From: Candidatus Binatia bacterium
GTDB lineage: Bacteria > Desulfobacterota > Binatia > UTPRO1
Length of the DNA stretch: 57,670 nt
Assembly (NCBI GenBank): GCA_041488235.1
Contig: JBGPOW010000003.1
Span: 1 to 57,670 of the forward strand
Direction: 5' to 3'
Shown: piece after piece, positions 20,854 to 30,123 of the stretch
Position numbering within the stretch: the stretch's first letter is position 1
Layout of the letters: the number at the start of each line of letters is the position of its first letter
Notes under the pieces: model-generated
The model's database searches: none
What the model was told of the DNA's origin: nothing
Seen by the model: the letters and a program-made list of their open reading frames with translations, nothing else
Program-made: the position numbers and the translations under genes

Positions 20854-21173
20854 GCACGGCTGCGCAACCGATCCGCCGCAACATGGTCGTGCAGCGCTGG
20901 GGTACGCCGCAGGCGACCGTCGGCAGCGTGAACGAGCCGCGCGAGCGGTCGGAGAACGGCGTCTGCTTCAACGAGAGGTGGCTGTATCGCGTGGCGGGAC
21001 ACGGGAGCGAGCCCGGTTACGAGCGGATCGTCTACTGGCTGCGGTACGACTTCGTCGCGTCGTTCGTCATCAAGCCCGACGGCAGTATCGTTCGTGAGGA
21101 GCCACGCGCACTGCTCGCCGGCGTCCGCGACCGTCTCTACTTGCCGCCGAGCGCAAGGCACGCGGAAGCCTGA
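20850..21173 (+). CDS. Hypothetical protein translationally coupled to nuoF
   Basis: GTGA overlap with the nuoF stop; 107 aa; WGTP...ERWLY pattern. Confidence 0.6.
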   Translation: MSTAAQPIRRNMVVQRWGTPQATVGSVNEPRERSENGVCFNERWLYRVAGHGSEPGYERIVYWLRYDFVASFVIKPDGSIVREEPRALLAGVRDRLYLPPSARHAEA

Positions 21174-21341
21174 CACATGTCATACGGAGTACGCGATGCC
21201 GCGCGCGCGATGACTCGTCGCGTCGCGCCGTTCACGAAACGATAAAGATCGATCCTCACCTCATGTGGTAATTGACCCTCACGGATGTGCGGTCGTAGAG
21301 TCACGTCTCCGGCACTTCCACCGCTCCCGTGTGAGGGTCCC

Positions 21342-21632
21342 ATGTTGCAGGCGCGGATCATCTCAACGCGCGGCTCGCTCTACTTCGCCGCCGAAGCGAC
21401 GCCGTACGATCTCGAGAACCTGCGCACGCACATCCGCGATCTGCAGACGACGAAGCCGAGCGACGTGCGATTGGAGTTGAGCCTCGATCGCAATACCAGC
21501 AACGACGTGAAGTCGATGCAGGTATCGGCGTGGCTACGCCGGCTGGCGGCGGACGGGGTGCAGGTCAGCGTGTGTACGTCTGCCGATCTCGCCGGCCGCG
21601 CGCCCTCGGCACGGCCGCACGCGCGGCGCTGA
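21342..21632 (+). CDS. Small hypothetical protein, possibly STAS-like; paralog of 4162..4461
   Basis: GAGGG RBS, upstream TTGACC-N18-TAGAGT; TPYDLENL motif. Confidence 0.65.
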   Translation: MLQARIISTRGSLYFAAEATPYDLENLRTHIRDLQTTKPSDVRLELSLDRNTSNDVKSMQVSAWLRRLAADGVQVSVCTSADLAGRAPSARPHARR

Positions 21633-21647
21633 GCTCGCGCCCGCCGC

Positions 21648-21860
21648 TCACTTCCGGCGTCGCCGCCCGCGGGAGCGGTGATACCGATCGAGCCCTTCGT
21701 TCAGCAGCGCGAGGATCACCTCGCGTTTCTTGGCTTTGAGATCCTTCGCCAGGCGATCGATTCTGCTCGTCAGCTCCTTCGGCACATAGAGAGCGAGGAG
21801 CTTCGTTTCACTTTCCTTTTCTCGTCCGTACAGGTCTTCGAGCCGCAAATTGGCGTTCAT
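21648..21860 (-). CDS. Ribbon-helix-helix DNA-binding protein
   Basis: LLALYVPKELTSRIDRLAKDLKAKKREVILALLNEGL strand-helix-helix pattern; GAGGAGG RBS. Confidence 0.7.
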   Translation of the reverse strand: MNANLRLEDLYGREKESETKLLALYVPKELTSRIDRLAKDLKAKKREVILALLNEGLDRYHRSRGRRRRK

Positions 21861-22053
21861 CGAGGCCTCCTCGCACCGCATCCGGGGGACGGAACTAAAC
21901 GCGGAATCTACACTCGTATGTAGCGGTGGGCGTAGTAGTAGACAACCCTACCTGCGTAGACGTCGTACGTGCGTCCATTGGCTATCTCGCGCACGCATTT
22001 CGCCGACGCGAAGCCGACGTACGAAAATGCAACGTTCGCGATACGTCGCGCGG

Positions 22054-22617
22054 TCAGCGCTCGAGTTGAATGGTCCCGCGCGCGTGATCGACGGAATAGC
22101 GGCGGAATTGATTGAGGAAGCTCAACCCGATGATGCCGACCAGAGGCGGCTCGACAGCGTCCATGACGACGGCCTCGACGCCGCCGAGCCGCGCGTCCTC
22201 CACTTGTATCGAGTCGAGCCGCACCAGATCGGCCTCGACCTCGCCGTTCGCGGTCGCGACCGCGATGGTCGCCCCGACGACCGGCTTCACACCGAGGCGT
22301 GCCGCCGTCTTGCGGGTGAGCACGCAGTAGGACGATCCGGTGTCGATCAGCATCGGTCCGCGCAGCACGTCGTTCAGCGTACCGTCGACGATGAGATGGG
22401 TCGTGCCTCCGGCGAGCGGGATGTGATGGCGGGATGCTCCGCCGGCCACGATCGCTGTACTCGGGTGCGCGTCCTGCGCCTGCGCGACGTCGCCGACGGC
22501 GCGCGCGCTGCGCCATCCGAGCTGCGCCCGCGCCGACGACCCGACGACGAGGATCAGGACGAGTCCGAGCGGCCGCAGGAGCCGGCGCGCGCGGTCCTCA
22601 GGCCCCCGCGGCGACAC
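22054..22617 (-). CDS. Exported clan AA (retropepsin-like) aspartic protease
   Basis: LIDTGSS catalytic motif, TANG flap, IIGLSFL; N-terminal hydrophobic signal. Confidence 0.88.
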   Translation of the reverse strand: MSPRGPEDRARRLLRPLGLVLILVVGSSARAQLGWRSARAVGDVAQAQDAHPSTAIVAGGASRHHIPLAGGTTHLIVDGTLNDVLRGPMLIDTGSSYCVLTRKTAARLGVKPVVGATIAVATANGEVEADLVRLDSIQVEDARLGGVEAVVMDAVEPPLVGIIGLSFLNQFRRYSVDHARGTIQLER

Positions 22618-23026
22618 TGACGCGGTGTTGCTCGAGGAGGATCTTGACCTTCCGCACCAGATCCGCGCCGCTGAACGGCTTGGTGATGTAGTACTCAGCG
22701 CCCATCGCCAGACCCTTCTCCACGTCGTCTTGCGTGGACTTGGCGGTCAGAAAGATGACCGGCACGTGGCGCGTGCGTTCCTGGCTCTTCATGAACTTGA
22801 AGACCTCGTAACCATCGACCTCGGGCATCATGATGTCGAGGATCACCAGATCGACGTCCGAATGACCGAGGAACTGAATCGCCTCCCGCCCACCGAGGCA
22901 CTTGGTCGGACGCATCCCTTCGATGCGCAGTCGCGTCTCGACGAGCTCTGCGATCATCGGATGATCCTCGACGATCAGAACCCGCGTGCCGCTTTCGCCC
23001 GCTTTCATGTCTCGTTGCGATTCCAT
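22598..23026 (-). CDS. Single-domain response regulator
   Basis: VLIVED, LDIMMP, FLTAK, YITKPF. Confidence 0.93.
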   Translation of the reverse strand: MESQRDMKAGESGTRVLIVEDHPMIAELVETRLRIEGMRPTKCLGGREAIQFLGHSDVDLVILDIMMPEVDGYEVFKFMKSQERTRHVPVIFLTAKSTQDDVEKGLAMGAEYYITKPFSGADLVRKVKILLEQHRVSVAAGA

Positions 23027-23075
23027 GGTTTGCCTCGTTGGTTGAAGGTCTCGGTCGTACTCACTCGTCCGGTCG

Positions 23076-23222
23076 TCAGCGTGCGCCCATCAGCGTCGCA
23101 ACGTCCGTGTTCGTCGCGCCCTGCATCAGCACCATCACCGCACCGATGCCGATGAGGATCACTGCGGCTACGATCGCGTACTCCGTGAGCGCGTGACCGC
23201 GCGTCTGGTCGATACGGTCCAT
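23076..23222 (-). CDS. Flp-like (type IVb/Tad) pilin, 48 aa, absent from the ORF track
   Basis: MDRIDQTRG/HALTEYAIVAAVILIGIGAVMVLMQGATNTDVATLMGAR: G-x4-EY then a hydrophobic helix; TGATG coupling to the upstream regulator. Confidence 0.75.
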   Translation of the reverse strand: MDRIDQTRGHALTEYAIVAAVILIGIGAVMVLMQGATNTDVATLMGAR

Positions 23223-24613
23223 CACGAGATCCCGTACTTCTCGAGCTTGCGGTAGAGCGTGCGCCGGCTGAGGCCGAGCAGACGTGCCGCCTCCATGCGC
23301 TTACCGCCCGCTGCCTCGAGTGCCTTGCGGATCTGATCGCGCTCGGCCGCTTGGATCGTGAGGTCGAACTCGGGCGCCAGCGCCAGCGGCGCCGCGGGGA
23401 CCGCCGCGAGCGCCGCGGTCTCCGGTGCCGCGCTGAAGAACTGGACCGGCAGATGCTCGGGCAAAATCACCGGACCGTGCGCGACGATCAACGCGCGCTC
23501 GATCACGTTCAACAGCTCGCGGATGTTCCCGGGCCACGCGTAACTGCGGAACACCTGCAACACCGGCTCGGAGATCTCCGAGACCTCCTTCTGCAGACGT
23601 CGCGACAGCCGCGTGAGGAAGTGCGCGCACAACAGCTCGACGTCCTCCAGGCGGCGCCGCAACGGCGGCAACGTGATCGCGCCGACGTTCAGGCGATAAT
23701 AGAGATCCTCGCGAAACTCGCCTTTGTCGACCATGGCGGCGAGATCGCGGTTGGTGGCGGCGATCACGCGAATGTCGATGTGGATCGCCTCGGGCGAGCC
23801 GACGCGCTTGATCTCGCGATTCTCGATGACACGCAGGAGCTTCGCCTGCACGGCCGGCGAGAGCTCGCCGATCTCGTCGAGAAAAATGCTGCCGCCGTGC
23901 GCCGCCTCGAAGAGTCCCTTGCGATCGCGGTCGGCGCCGGTGAACGCGCCGCGCACGTGGCCGAAGAGCTCGCTCTCGAGCAGCGTCGGCGCGAGCGTCG
24001 TGCAGTTGCAGGTGACGAGCGGACGATCCTTCAGCGGGCTCAGCTCGTGGAGCGCGTGCGCGACGAGCTCCTTCCCGGTGCCGCTCTCGCCGGTGATGAG
24101 CGCGGTGGTGGGGTAACGGGCGAGGCGCTCGATGAACGAGAAGATCTCGAGCATCTCCTGGCTACGCGCAACCATGCCGTGAAACTCGACGCGTCCTTGC
24201 AGGCGCTGGTGCAGGATGCGGTTCTCGGTGCTGAGGCGCTTGCGCTCGAAGACGACGTCGAGAATGCGCTCGAGGCGGCGAAAGTCGATCGGCTTCTCGA
24301 TGTAATCGGTGGCGCCCGCCTGAATGGCCTCCACGGCGTCCTTCACCGAGGAATACGCGGTCATCAGCACGAGCTGCACGTCGGGGTCGTGTGTCTTGAT
24401 GTGATGCAGCAGCTCGATGCCGCTCATGCCCGGCATGCGGACGTCGGAGAGAATGAGGTCGACCGGGGCGGCCGCGAGCGCACCGAGCGCCGCGTCCGCG
24501 CTTTCCGCTGTCGTGACGGCGAAGTCGCGCTCGCTCAGGAAGAGCTGCAGGATGCGCCGGATGTCCGGATCGTCCTCGACCACGAGCACCCGATGTCTGT
24601 CGTGCACGCCCAT
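23222..24613 (-). CDS. NtrC-family sigma54-dependent response regulator
   Basis: REC domain, GESGTGKE, ESELFGHVRGAFTGA, FLDEIGE, WPGNIREL, Fis-type HTH; start 24613 after GGGGAGGA. Confidence 0.95.
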   Translation of the reverse strand: MGVHDRHRVLVVEDDPDIRRILQLFLSERDFAVTTAESADAALGALAAAPVDLILSDVRMPGMSGIELLHHIKTHDPDVQLVLMTAYSSVKDAVEAIQAGATDYIEKPIDFRRLERILDVVFERKRLSTENRILHQRLQGRVEFHGMVARSQEMLEIFSFIERLARYPTTALITGESGTGKELVAHALHELSPLKDRPLVTCNCTTLAPTLLESELFGHVRGAFTGADRDRKGLFEAAHGGSIFLDEIGELSPAVQAKLLRVIENREIKRVGSPEAIHIDIRVIAATNRDLAAMVDKGEFREDLYYRLNVGAITLPPLRRRLEDVELLCAHFLTRLSRRLQKEVSEISEPVLQVFRSYAWPGNIRELLNVIERALIVAHGPVILPEHLPVQFFSAAPETAALAAVPAAPLALAPEFDLTIQAAERDQIRKALEAAGGKRMEAARLLGLSRRTLYRKLEKYGIS

Positions 24614-24716
24614 GTTCCTCCCCGATGACGTTGCATCACGCGCAACAAGTGCGCGATCGGGACGAGCGTCGGCCGATCGCGGTCCGTGATCCGCGTGTGC
24701 GGTAGGGGCCGGGGTC

Positions 24717-24731
24717 GCAAGACGCATGCCA
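24717..24731 (-). promoter_or_regulatory. sigma54 (-24/-12) promoter
   Basis: Minus strand TGGCATGCGTCTTGC, about 100 nt upstream of the regulator. Confidence 0.7.
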
Positions 24732-24905
24732 GGCGGTGAGTTAGCCTGACACACACCCCCGCCAGTTCGTGCTCGCGAAAGCGGAGGGTTTTTTCGCCGT
24801 CGTTCGCGGTCGGCGTCAGGCGATGCCGTCGCTTCATGGTCGACGGCGTCAAACGTGTGACGAGCGTGCGCGTTCTCGTCGCGGCGCGACCGGCGGACGC
24901 TGCCG

Positions 24906-27107
24906 ATGGCGCCTCGCCGTGGGGCACGCTCCTTGCTCCTTCGCATCGCGCCCGGAGCATCGATGGCCGCCCCTCACCCGATTCCCGTCTCTCCTGTCGC
25001 GCTCGGCGACCCTGCGGGGGCGACCCACGGCGGCGCCGCGCGCGACATCGGGCCGACAGCGGCGCTGCGCTGGATTCCGGAAACCTTGCTCGTCGGTCTC
25101 GCGCCCCTCTTTCTGTCGGCCCCGCGCGGTGTCGTGATCGGCGCCGGTGCGGCGCTGGCGGTCGCGCTCGCGTCGGTGCTCGGGTGGCGTCGCCGCGACG
25201 CCGCACTCGCGACGGTTCCCCGCGAGCGCCGCGTTCCCGTGGGCACGGCGAACGACGTCGTGGAGCTCGCGCCGGAGCTGTCGTGGGCGCTCGCGGTCGC
25301 CTCCGACGCCATCGTCGTCACCGACGTGCGCGGGACGATCACGCAAGCGAGCGCGCGCGCGTGCGCGATTCTCGGCCAGTCGGTGCGATGCGGCGAGATG
25401 TTTCCGCCGCGCCATGGGTTTTCCGGTCTCGCTGACTGCGACGCCTTCACGCGCGCCCTCCGTCAGCTCTACGCCGATCCCGGGGCGACGGAGAGCGGTG
25501 AGATCAGCGCCGTGCACGACGAGCGGCTGCGCGTGTACGAGTGGAAGAGCGAGCCGGTGCGAAACGCCGCGGCGGTCATCGTCGGCCGCGGCTTCCTGCT
25601 CTCCGACCGCACGCAAGAACGCGAGCTGGCGATGGTGCGGCGCGAGTTCTTGTCGACGGTCTCGCACGAGCTGCGGACGCCGCTCACCTCCGTCAAGGGA
25701 TCGCTGCAGCTCGTGCTCGGCAAGGCATCGACGCTGTCGACGATCGAGCGCGAGCTTCTCGCGATCAGCCTGAAGAACACCGACCGGCTGATCCGCCTCA
25801 TCAACGACATCCTCGACATCTCGCAGCTCGAGCTCGGCAAGATGGACTTGACGTTCGCGTCCGTCGCGCCGGGGTCGCTCATCGAGGAGGCGATCGCCGG
25901 GCTGCGCGCCTATGCGGCCGGGCGGGACATCGCGATAGGATGTGAGCTCGATCCCGATCTGCCGCTGATCGCGGGCGATCGCGACCGCTTGATCCAGGTG
26001 CTCACGAACCTGGTGTCGAACGCCGTGAAGTTCTCCCCGACGGGCGGCCGTGTTCTCGTGCGCGCGACGTGCACGGGCGACGAGCTCTGCATCGCCGTCC
26101 GCGACTGGGGCGTCGGCATCCGGCCGTGCGACCACGGGCGTCTCTTCCAGCGCTTTCAGCGTCTGCACGCCGCCCGCAGCGAAGAGCCGGGCACGGGGCT
26201 CGGCCTCGCGATCTCGAAGGCGATCGTCGACCGCCACGGGGGACGGATCACGGTGGACAGCGAAGAAGACCTCGGCTCGACGTTCGCCGTCGTGCTGCCG
26301 GTCGCCGTCGCGACCGCGACGGCGGCGAAGTCCGCCGAGGGAGGGGAGGCGCTGGAGGCGCGACGGCCGACGCTCCTCTTGATCGACGACGACGCGGACT
26401 TCGGCACCGTGCTCGAGGTGTCGCTGGGGGCGAGCTATCGGCTGTTGCGCGTCGAGCGCGGCGTGCAGGCACTCGACGTCGCGCGCGTCGAGCGGCCCGA
26501 TCTCGTGCTCCTCGACGTCGTGCTGCCTGACCTCAGCGGCTACGACGTGCTCCGTATCCTGCAACACAGCGAGGCGACGCGCGCCATTCCGATCGTGATG
26601 CTCACCGTGCAACCCGAGCGCATGCTGGCGCGCGGTCTCGGCGCCGTCGACGTCGTGGCGAAACCGGTCGACGTCGAGAGCTTGCGGCGCGCGATCGAGC
26701 GCGCGCTGCGCGCGCCGGGTGAGGGCACGGCATTGCGCGTCGCCGTCGGACCGTTGTCGTCGCGGACGCCGGCGTCGCTCTGCGCCGCGCTCGAGGCCGG
26801 AGGGCACGCCGTGTTCACCGCCGCCGACACGTGGGAGCTCGTGCGCTGCGCCGACGAGCACCACGCCGACGTCGCGATCGTCGAAGCCGTGCGCGACGTC
26901 GACGGTGACGGTGCGATCGCGTTCCTGCGCGGGCACGCGACGACTCGCCGGCTGCCGGTCGTGCTGCTCGCGGGCGAGACCGCGGGACCGCTCGCCGCCG
27001 GCTGCACGCCGGTTGCCGCGGGGCTGGCAGATGCGGAAATCGTGCGAGTGGTGGAGGACGCGGTCGGCCGTGCGCGCGTACGTCCTGGCAGCGCAGAGAT
27101 CGCGTAA
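24906..27107 (+). CDS. Hybrid sensor histidine kinase (PAS-like, HisKA, HATPase, REC, degenerate REC); start uncertain
   Basis: SHELRTPL, NLVSNAVKF, DWGVG, GTGLGL, LLDVVLP..KP; second REC lacks the acidic motifs. Confidence 0.9.
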   Translation: MAPRRGARSLLLRIAPGASMAAPHPIPVSPVALGDPAGATHGGAARDIGPTAALRWIPETLLVGLAPLFLSAPRGVVIGAGAALAVALASVLGWRRRDAALATVPRERRVPVGTANDVVELAPELSWALAVASDAIVVTDVRGTITQASARACAILGQSVRCGEMFPPRHGFSGLADCDAFTRALRQLYADPGATESGEISAVHDERLRVYEWKSEPVRNAAAVIVGRGFLLSDRTQERELAMVRREFLSTVSHELRTPLTSVKGSLQLVLGKASTLSTIERELLAISLKNTDRLIRLINDILDISQLELGKMDLTFASVAPGSLIEEAIAGLRAYAAGRDIAIGCELDPDLPLIAGDRDRLIQVLTNLVSNAVKFSPTGGRVLVRATCTGDELCIAVRDWGVGIRPCDHGRLFQRFQRLHAARSEEPGTGLGLAISKAIVDRHGGRITVDSEEDLGSTFAVVLPVAVATATAAKSAEGGEALEARRPTLLLIDDDADFGTVLEVSLGASYRLLRVERGVQALDVARVERPDLVLLDVVLPDLSGYDVLRILQHSEATRAIPIVMLTVQPERMLARGLGAVDVVAKPVDVESLRRAIERALRAPGEGTALRVAVGPLSSRTPASLCAALEAGGHAVFTAADTWELVRCADEHHADVAIVEAVRDVDGDGAIAFLRGHATTRRLPVVLLAGETAGPLAAGCTPVAAGLADAEIVRVVEDAVGRARVRPGSAEIA

Positions 27108-27124
27108 GTCGGGGCGGACGCGGC

Positions 27125-27349
27125 TCAGCGCGAGGCGGCGCCGCGCTTCTTCATGAGCGACTGAATCGCGCGCCACGCCAGCTTGCTCGGCGTCGCGTGG
27201 CCGTTCTCCCAACGGTTCACGGTCGAGACCGTGACGGCGATCGCGTGCGCGAACTCCTCTTGCGTGAGGCCGAGGCGCGTGCGCAGCTCGCGGATCGATT
27301 GCGGACCGGCGGGGTTCGCGGTCGATGCTGCCTCAGGATCGCGATCCAT
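27125..27349 (-). CDS. XRE-family helix-turn-helix protein
   Basis: IRELRTRLGLTQEEFAHAIAVTVSTVNRWENG; GGAGGA RBS. Confidence 0.9.
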   Translation of the reverse strand: MDRDPEAASTANPAGPQSIRELRTRLGLTQEEFAHAIAVTVSTVNRWENGHATPSKLAWRAIQSLMKKRGAASR

Positions 27350-27414
27350 GGTTCTCCGTCCTCCGCTTGGGCTCATGTGCCGCCGTGTATACCACGGCGG
27401 GTGCCATGGCAGGC

Positions 27415-27430
27415 AGCAACCCGCGTGCCA
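27415..27430 (-). promoter_or_regulatory. sigma54 (-24/-12) promoter
   Basis: Minus strand TGGCACGCGGGTTGCT, full consensus match. Confidence 0.75.
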
Positions 27431-27599
27431 CGCCAGGCGCATTGCGGGTATGGACTCGTTCCGCCGCGCGCGATCGGCCGAGCGACAGGACCGTGCCGAG
27501 CCGCCATCGCAGTAACACCCGCACGCCGGCGTCGTTGCCTTGCACCGGGCCGTTTCATATCGTCGGTCGTATGCGGTTTCGCACAGAAGGAGGACGCTC

Positions 27600-28049
27600 A
27601 TGACCATGCTGCGAACGCTGGCAGTGCTCGCCGTCGCGACGGCAATCACCGCCGCCACGATCGCTGGCGCTGCCGGCACGCCTGAAGACACCGTTCGCCA
27701 GTATCTCAAGGCGATGCAGGACCAGAAGTACGATCAGGCGTACAAGCAGATCTCCAAGGCCATGGCTGGTGGCAAGGACGCCGAAGCGTGGGCGAAGGAG
27801 CAGAAGTACATGATGCAGTCGGCGGACGTGAAGATCTTCAAGTTCGACGTCTACCAGGCGAAGGTCGAAGGCGAGAGCGCGAAGGTGCCGAACATTTTGA
27901 GCTCGCAAGACAAGTTTTTGAACCAGCTGGGCGCCGACGAGTACGAGCTGTACACGCTCGTGAAGGAGAACGGCGACTGGAGGATCGACCAGCAAGAGCA
28001 GGTCGACAAGTCCGAGCAGTCCAAGTGGTTCACGAAGAAGGCGAGCTGA
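27600..28049 (+). CDS. Secreted NTF2-like (DUF4878-like) protein
   Basis: Signal peptide, TPEDTVRQYLKAM..KYDQAY, LVKENGDWRI; AAGGAGGA RBS. Confidence 0.75.
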   Translation: MTMLRTLAVLAVATAITAATIAGAAGTPEDTVRQYLKAMQDQKYDQAYKQISKAMAGGKDAEAWAKEQKYMMQSADVKIFKFDVYQAKVEGESAKVPNILSSQDKFLNQLGADEYELYTLVKENGDWRIDQQEQVDKSEQSKWFTKKAS

Positions 28050-28180
28050 GCGACCGTGTCTCGCAGGCCGATGACGAACGGACGCCACCGGACTGTTGAC
28101 TCCGGCGGCGTTCCGGGGCACTAGGACGCTGATCCGCCGGCGGTTTCGGTCTCACTTCCCTTTCTTCAGGAGGCGCGTAC

Positions 28181-29245
28181 ATGCGAACGATGCGATGGGC
28201 ATCCCTCGTGCTCTTCTCCCTGGCAATCGGGGTCACGGCAGGATGCCACCCGGAGGTCGAGCTGCCACCGCTTCCGGAAGCCAAGATCTCGATCATCGGC
28301 GACCGCTTCTTCGACGTGAAGGCGCTCTCGCCGGAGCGCGCGCTGATCATCGGCTATCGCGGCAAGATCCTCGAGACGCCGGATTCGGGTCGTACGTGGA
28401 ACGTCATCCAGACGCCGACGGACCGCGCGCTCTACAGTATCCGATTCGCCGACGCGCAGAACGGGTGGATCTGCGGCCAAGGCGGTCTGATTCTCGCGAC
28501 GAAAGACGGCGGCAAGAGCTGGACGGAGCAGAAGAGCAACACGGACACCTATCTCTTCGCCATCTATCCCGTGAGCCCGTCGCACGTGTTCGCCGCCGGT
28601 GACAAGTCGACGCTCGTCGAGACGACCGACGGCGGCGCGACGTGGCGGCCGCGGAAAGTGGCGCAGTCCGGGGAAGGCGTCAGCGAGGACATCGCGCTTG
28701 CGGTTCAGGATCCGATCTTTTACGACATCGAGTTCGCCGACGCACAGAACGGCTGGATCGTCGGCGAGTTCGGTACGATCCGCCACACCACGGACGGCGG
28801 ACAGACCTGGGTCGAGCAGCAGCGGTCCCTCCTCGGCGGCGGCATCGTCGACATGTTCGACCTGCCGACGCTCTTCGGTGTTCACTTCGTCAACAATCAG
28901 GAAGGCGTGGCGGTCGGTCTCGAAGGCAAGATCGCCCACACCCACGACGGCGGGAATAGCTGGGCGTTCGACAAAATCGACGAGGCGATCGCGGTCGAAG
29001 ACCCGCTGTACTCGCCGTTCATGTTTCCGGATGGCCACGCGTGGGCCGTCGGGTCGGGCGGCGAAGTGGTGACGAAAGGTGCCGGCGACGCGCCGTGGAA
29101 GCGCGCGAAGCTCGGGATGCGCCTCTTCACGTGGCTTCGCAGCGTCGACTTCTTCGATCAGAACAACGGCTGGATGGTCGGCGGCTTCGGCACGATCCTG
29201 AATACCAAGGACGGCGGCAAGACCTGGACACAGAGCCTCGCTTGA
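28181..29245 (+). CDS. YCF48-related beta-propeller lipoprotein
   Basis: Lipobox TAGC; repeated TxDGGxxW (Asp-box) and FADAQNGW units. Confidence 0.88.
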   Translation: MRTMRWASLVLFSLAIGVTAGCHPEVELPPLPEAKISIIGDRFFDVKALSPERALIIGYRGKILETPDSGRTWNVIQTPTDRALYSIRFADAQNGWICGQGGLILATKDGGKSWTEQKSNTDTYLFAIYPVSPSHVFAAGDKSTLVETTDGGATWRPRKVAQSGEGVSEDIALAVQDPIFYDIEFADAQNGWIVGEFGTIRHTTDGGQTWVEQQRSLLGGGIVDMFDLPTLFGVHFVNNQEGVAVGLEGKIAHTHDGGNSWAFDKIDEAIAVEDPLYSPFMFPDGHAWAVGSGGEVVTKGAGDAPWKRAKLGMRLFTWLRSVDFFDQNNGWMVGGFGTILNTKDGGKTWTQSLA

Positions 29246-29340
29246 CCTTCGCTGCGGGCACGGCCGTGCCGTCCCCGCGGCCAGATTTGTCGCCGCAGTC
29301 GAATTGATCGCGCCGCGTCGTTTCCCTACCATGGCAAGCG

Positions 29341-30123
29341 ATGCGGATCCTCGGCGGCGCGCGGCGCGGATGGGGCACACCGCTGGTACACTCGGCAGCC
29401 GCCCTCCGGAGCGCGCTGACCGTCGCGACGCTCGTCACGATCGTCGCCGGATGCGCGGTGGCGACGCTGCGGCCCGCGGCCTTCGACCGTGACTTCTTTC
29501 CCCTGGCGCCGAACTCGCAGTGGGAGTACGCCGTCAGCCGGTACGGCGGCGCCGAGAGGTTCCGTTTCGTCGCAACGGTACGCACGAACGACTTCCACAC
29601 GGCGGACGGCCGCACCTGTCCGATCGTCGACGAGCAGTACGGCGGCACGAGCGGGCGTTTCCCGATCGCCTACTGCACCGAGAGCGGCTTTCTCCATCGC
29701 ATCATGTCGCTCGAGTACCGCGGCGAGACGCTCGAGGACAACGGTTTTCGCTCCGGCGAGCTCAAGTTCTTGCCGACCGATCTGCGCCACGCGAGCGCGT
29801 GGGAAGGGGTCACCAACGCGTATCGTCTCCCCGACGGATCCGGCTTCGAGGTCCAACAACTGCACCGCGTCCTGCCGGACGCGGAGCGCGTGGAGGTGCC
29901 CGCAGGCGTGTTCGCGCGCTGCGTGCGCGTCGAAACGACCGCGATTCACTCCGCCGTCGACGACCACGGGACGCGAACGGGACCGCGCGTGACGTACTAC
30001 TATTCCGACTGGTACGCGCCCGGCGTCGGACTGGTGAAGACGGAGCAGCGCAGCGCCGACGCTGCAGTGGTCGCGACGATCGAGCTCGTGCACTACGTCC
30101 GCGGCGCCCGGTCGTCGTCGTGA
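29341..30123 (+). CDS. Hypothetical lipoprotein
   Basis: Lipobox VAGC; FFPLAP, VEVPAGVF, WYAPGVGLVK; coupled to the ABC operon. Confidence 0.75.
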   Translation: MRILGGARRGWGTPLVHSAAALRSALTVATLVTIVAGCAVATLRPAAFDRDFFPLAPNSQWEYAVSRYGGAERFRFVATVRTNDFHTADGRTCPIVDEQYGGTSGRFPIAYCTESGFLHRIMSLEYRGETLEDNGFRSGELKFLPTDLRHASAWEGVTNAYRLPDGSGFEVQQLHRVLPDAERVEVPAGVFARCVRVETTAIHSAVDDHGTRTGPRVTYYYSDWYAPGVGLVKTEQRSADAAVVATIELVHYVRGARSSS

